This document shows, in pieces, positions 63,999-64,000 of a stretch of 64,000 nucleotides of DNA (positions within the stretch are counted from its first letter, which is position 1; each line of letters opens with the position of its first letter). The notes under the pieces are model-generated. The model saw only the letters and a list, made by a program, of their open reading frames with translations, did not search any database and was not told the origin of the DNA. The position numbers and the translations under genes are program-made. Origin of the DNA: Bacteroidales bacterium (GTDB lineage Bacteria > Bacteroidota > Bacteroidia > Bacteroidales > VadinHA17); NCBI GenBank assembly GCA_011620595.1, contig WOYX01000038.1, positions 2,774 through 66,773 on the forward strand. Reading direction: 5' to 3'.

Positions 63999-64000
63999 TT

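Noticed and set aside
1-64000. CRISPR arrays, rRNA or tRNA genes, transposases, integrases, and prophage or defence-system genes.
   Set aside because: None recognised. The tandem arrays have 7-53-bp periods without unique spacers. No ORF shows transposase, integrase, nuclease or restriction motifs.

Overview
This 64-kb window looks like a Bacteroidota chromosome segment. The evidence is a 2468-aa SprA (T9SS translocon), a fused LpxC/FabZ inside an HD-lpxD-lpxC/fabZ-lpxA block, TAnnTTTG-type -7 promoter boxes, and many lipoprotein signal peptides. No rRNA, tRNA, CRISPR array, transposase or integrase was recognised.

The right half (34-63 kb) is conserved housekeeping: atypical DPP-III-like peptidase, GGT-family enzyme, M23 peptidase, dxr, rseP, tatA, a CofH/MqnC/MqnE-type radical SAM enzyme, pdxA, ruvA, sprA, gcvH, the rimP-nusA-infB operon and the lipid A genes.

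The left half (1-34 kb) is accessory and sensory. It holds:
- a TonB-dependent receptor preceded by a repeat-containing lipoprotein
- a split YeeE/YedE pair with three rhodanese proteins
- decayed kynureninase and SusC/SusD remnants
- a KdpD(C-terminal)/KdpE pair next to trkH, with no kdpFABC in the window
- a KaiA-less kaiC-kaiB-kaiB-PAS-M1 peptidase gene run
- a cluster of small membrane and OmpA-type proteins
- a kinase-less CheB-CheR-PAS protein

Main second-look items:
1. A ~65-bp fixed-geometry upstream element occurs six times between 19.3 and 32.9 kb, always facing the downstream gene, kaiC included. This suggests an activator-dependent regulon.
2. The Kai module itself: KaiC has a Ser-Ser phosphosite pair and a charged C-terminal tail, followed by two tandem KaiB paralogues and no KaiA.
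3. A ~590-nt ORF-free, hairpin-dense region downstream of lpxA has a consensus Bacteroidota promoter and an oriented terminator. It is a candidate large structured ncRNA that lacks RNase P and tmRNA hallmarks.
4. Several unrelated short-period tandem-repeat arrays lie directly after stop codons or in promoter regions.

All calls come from reading the sequence and ORF translations by eye. No database search was run.
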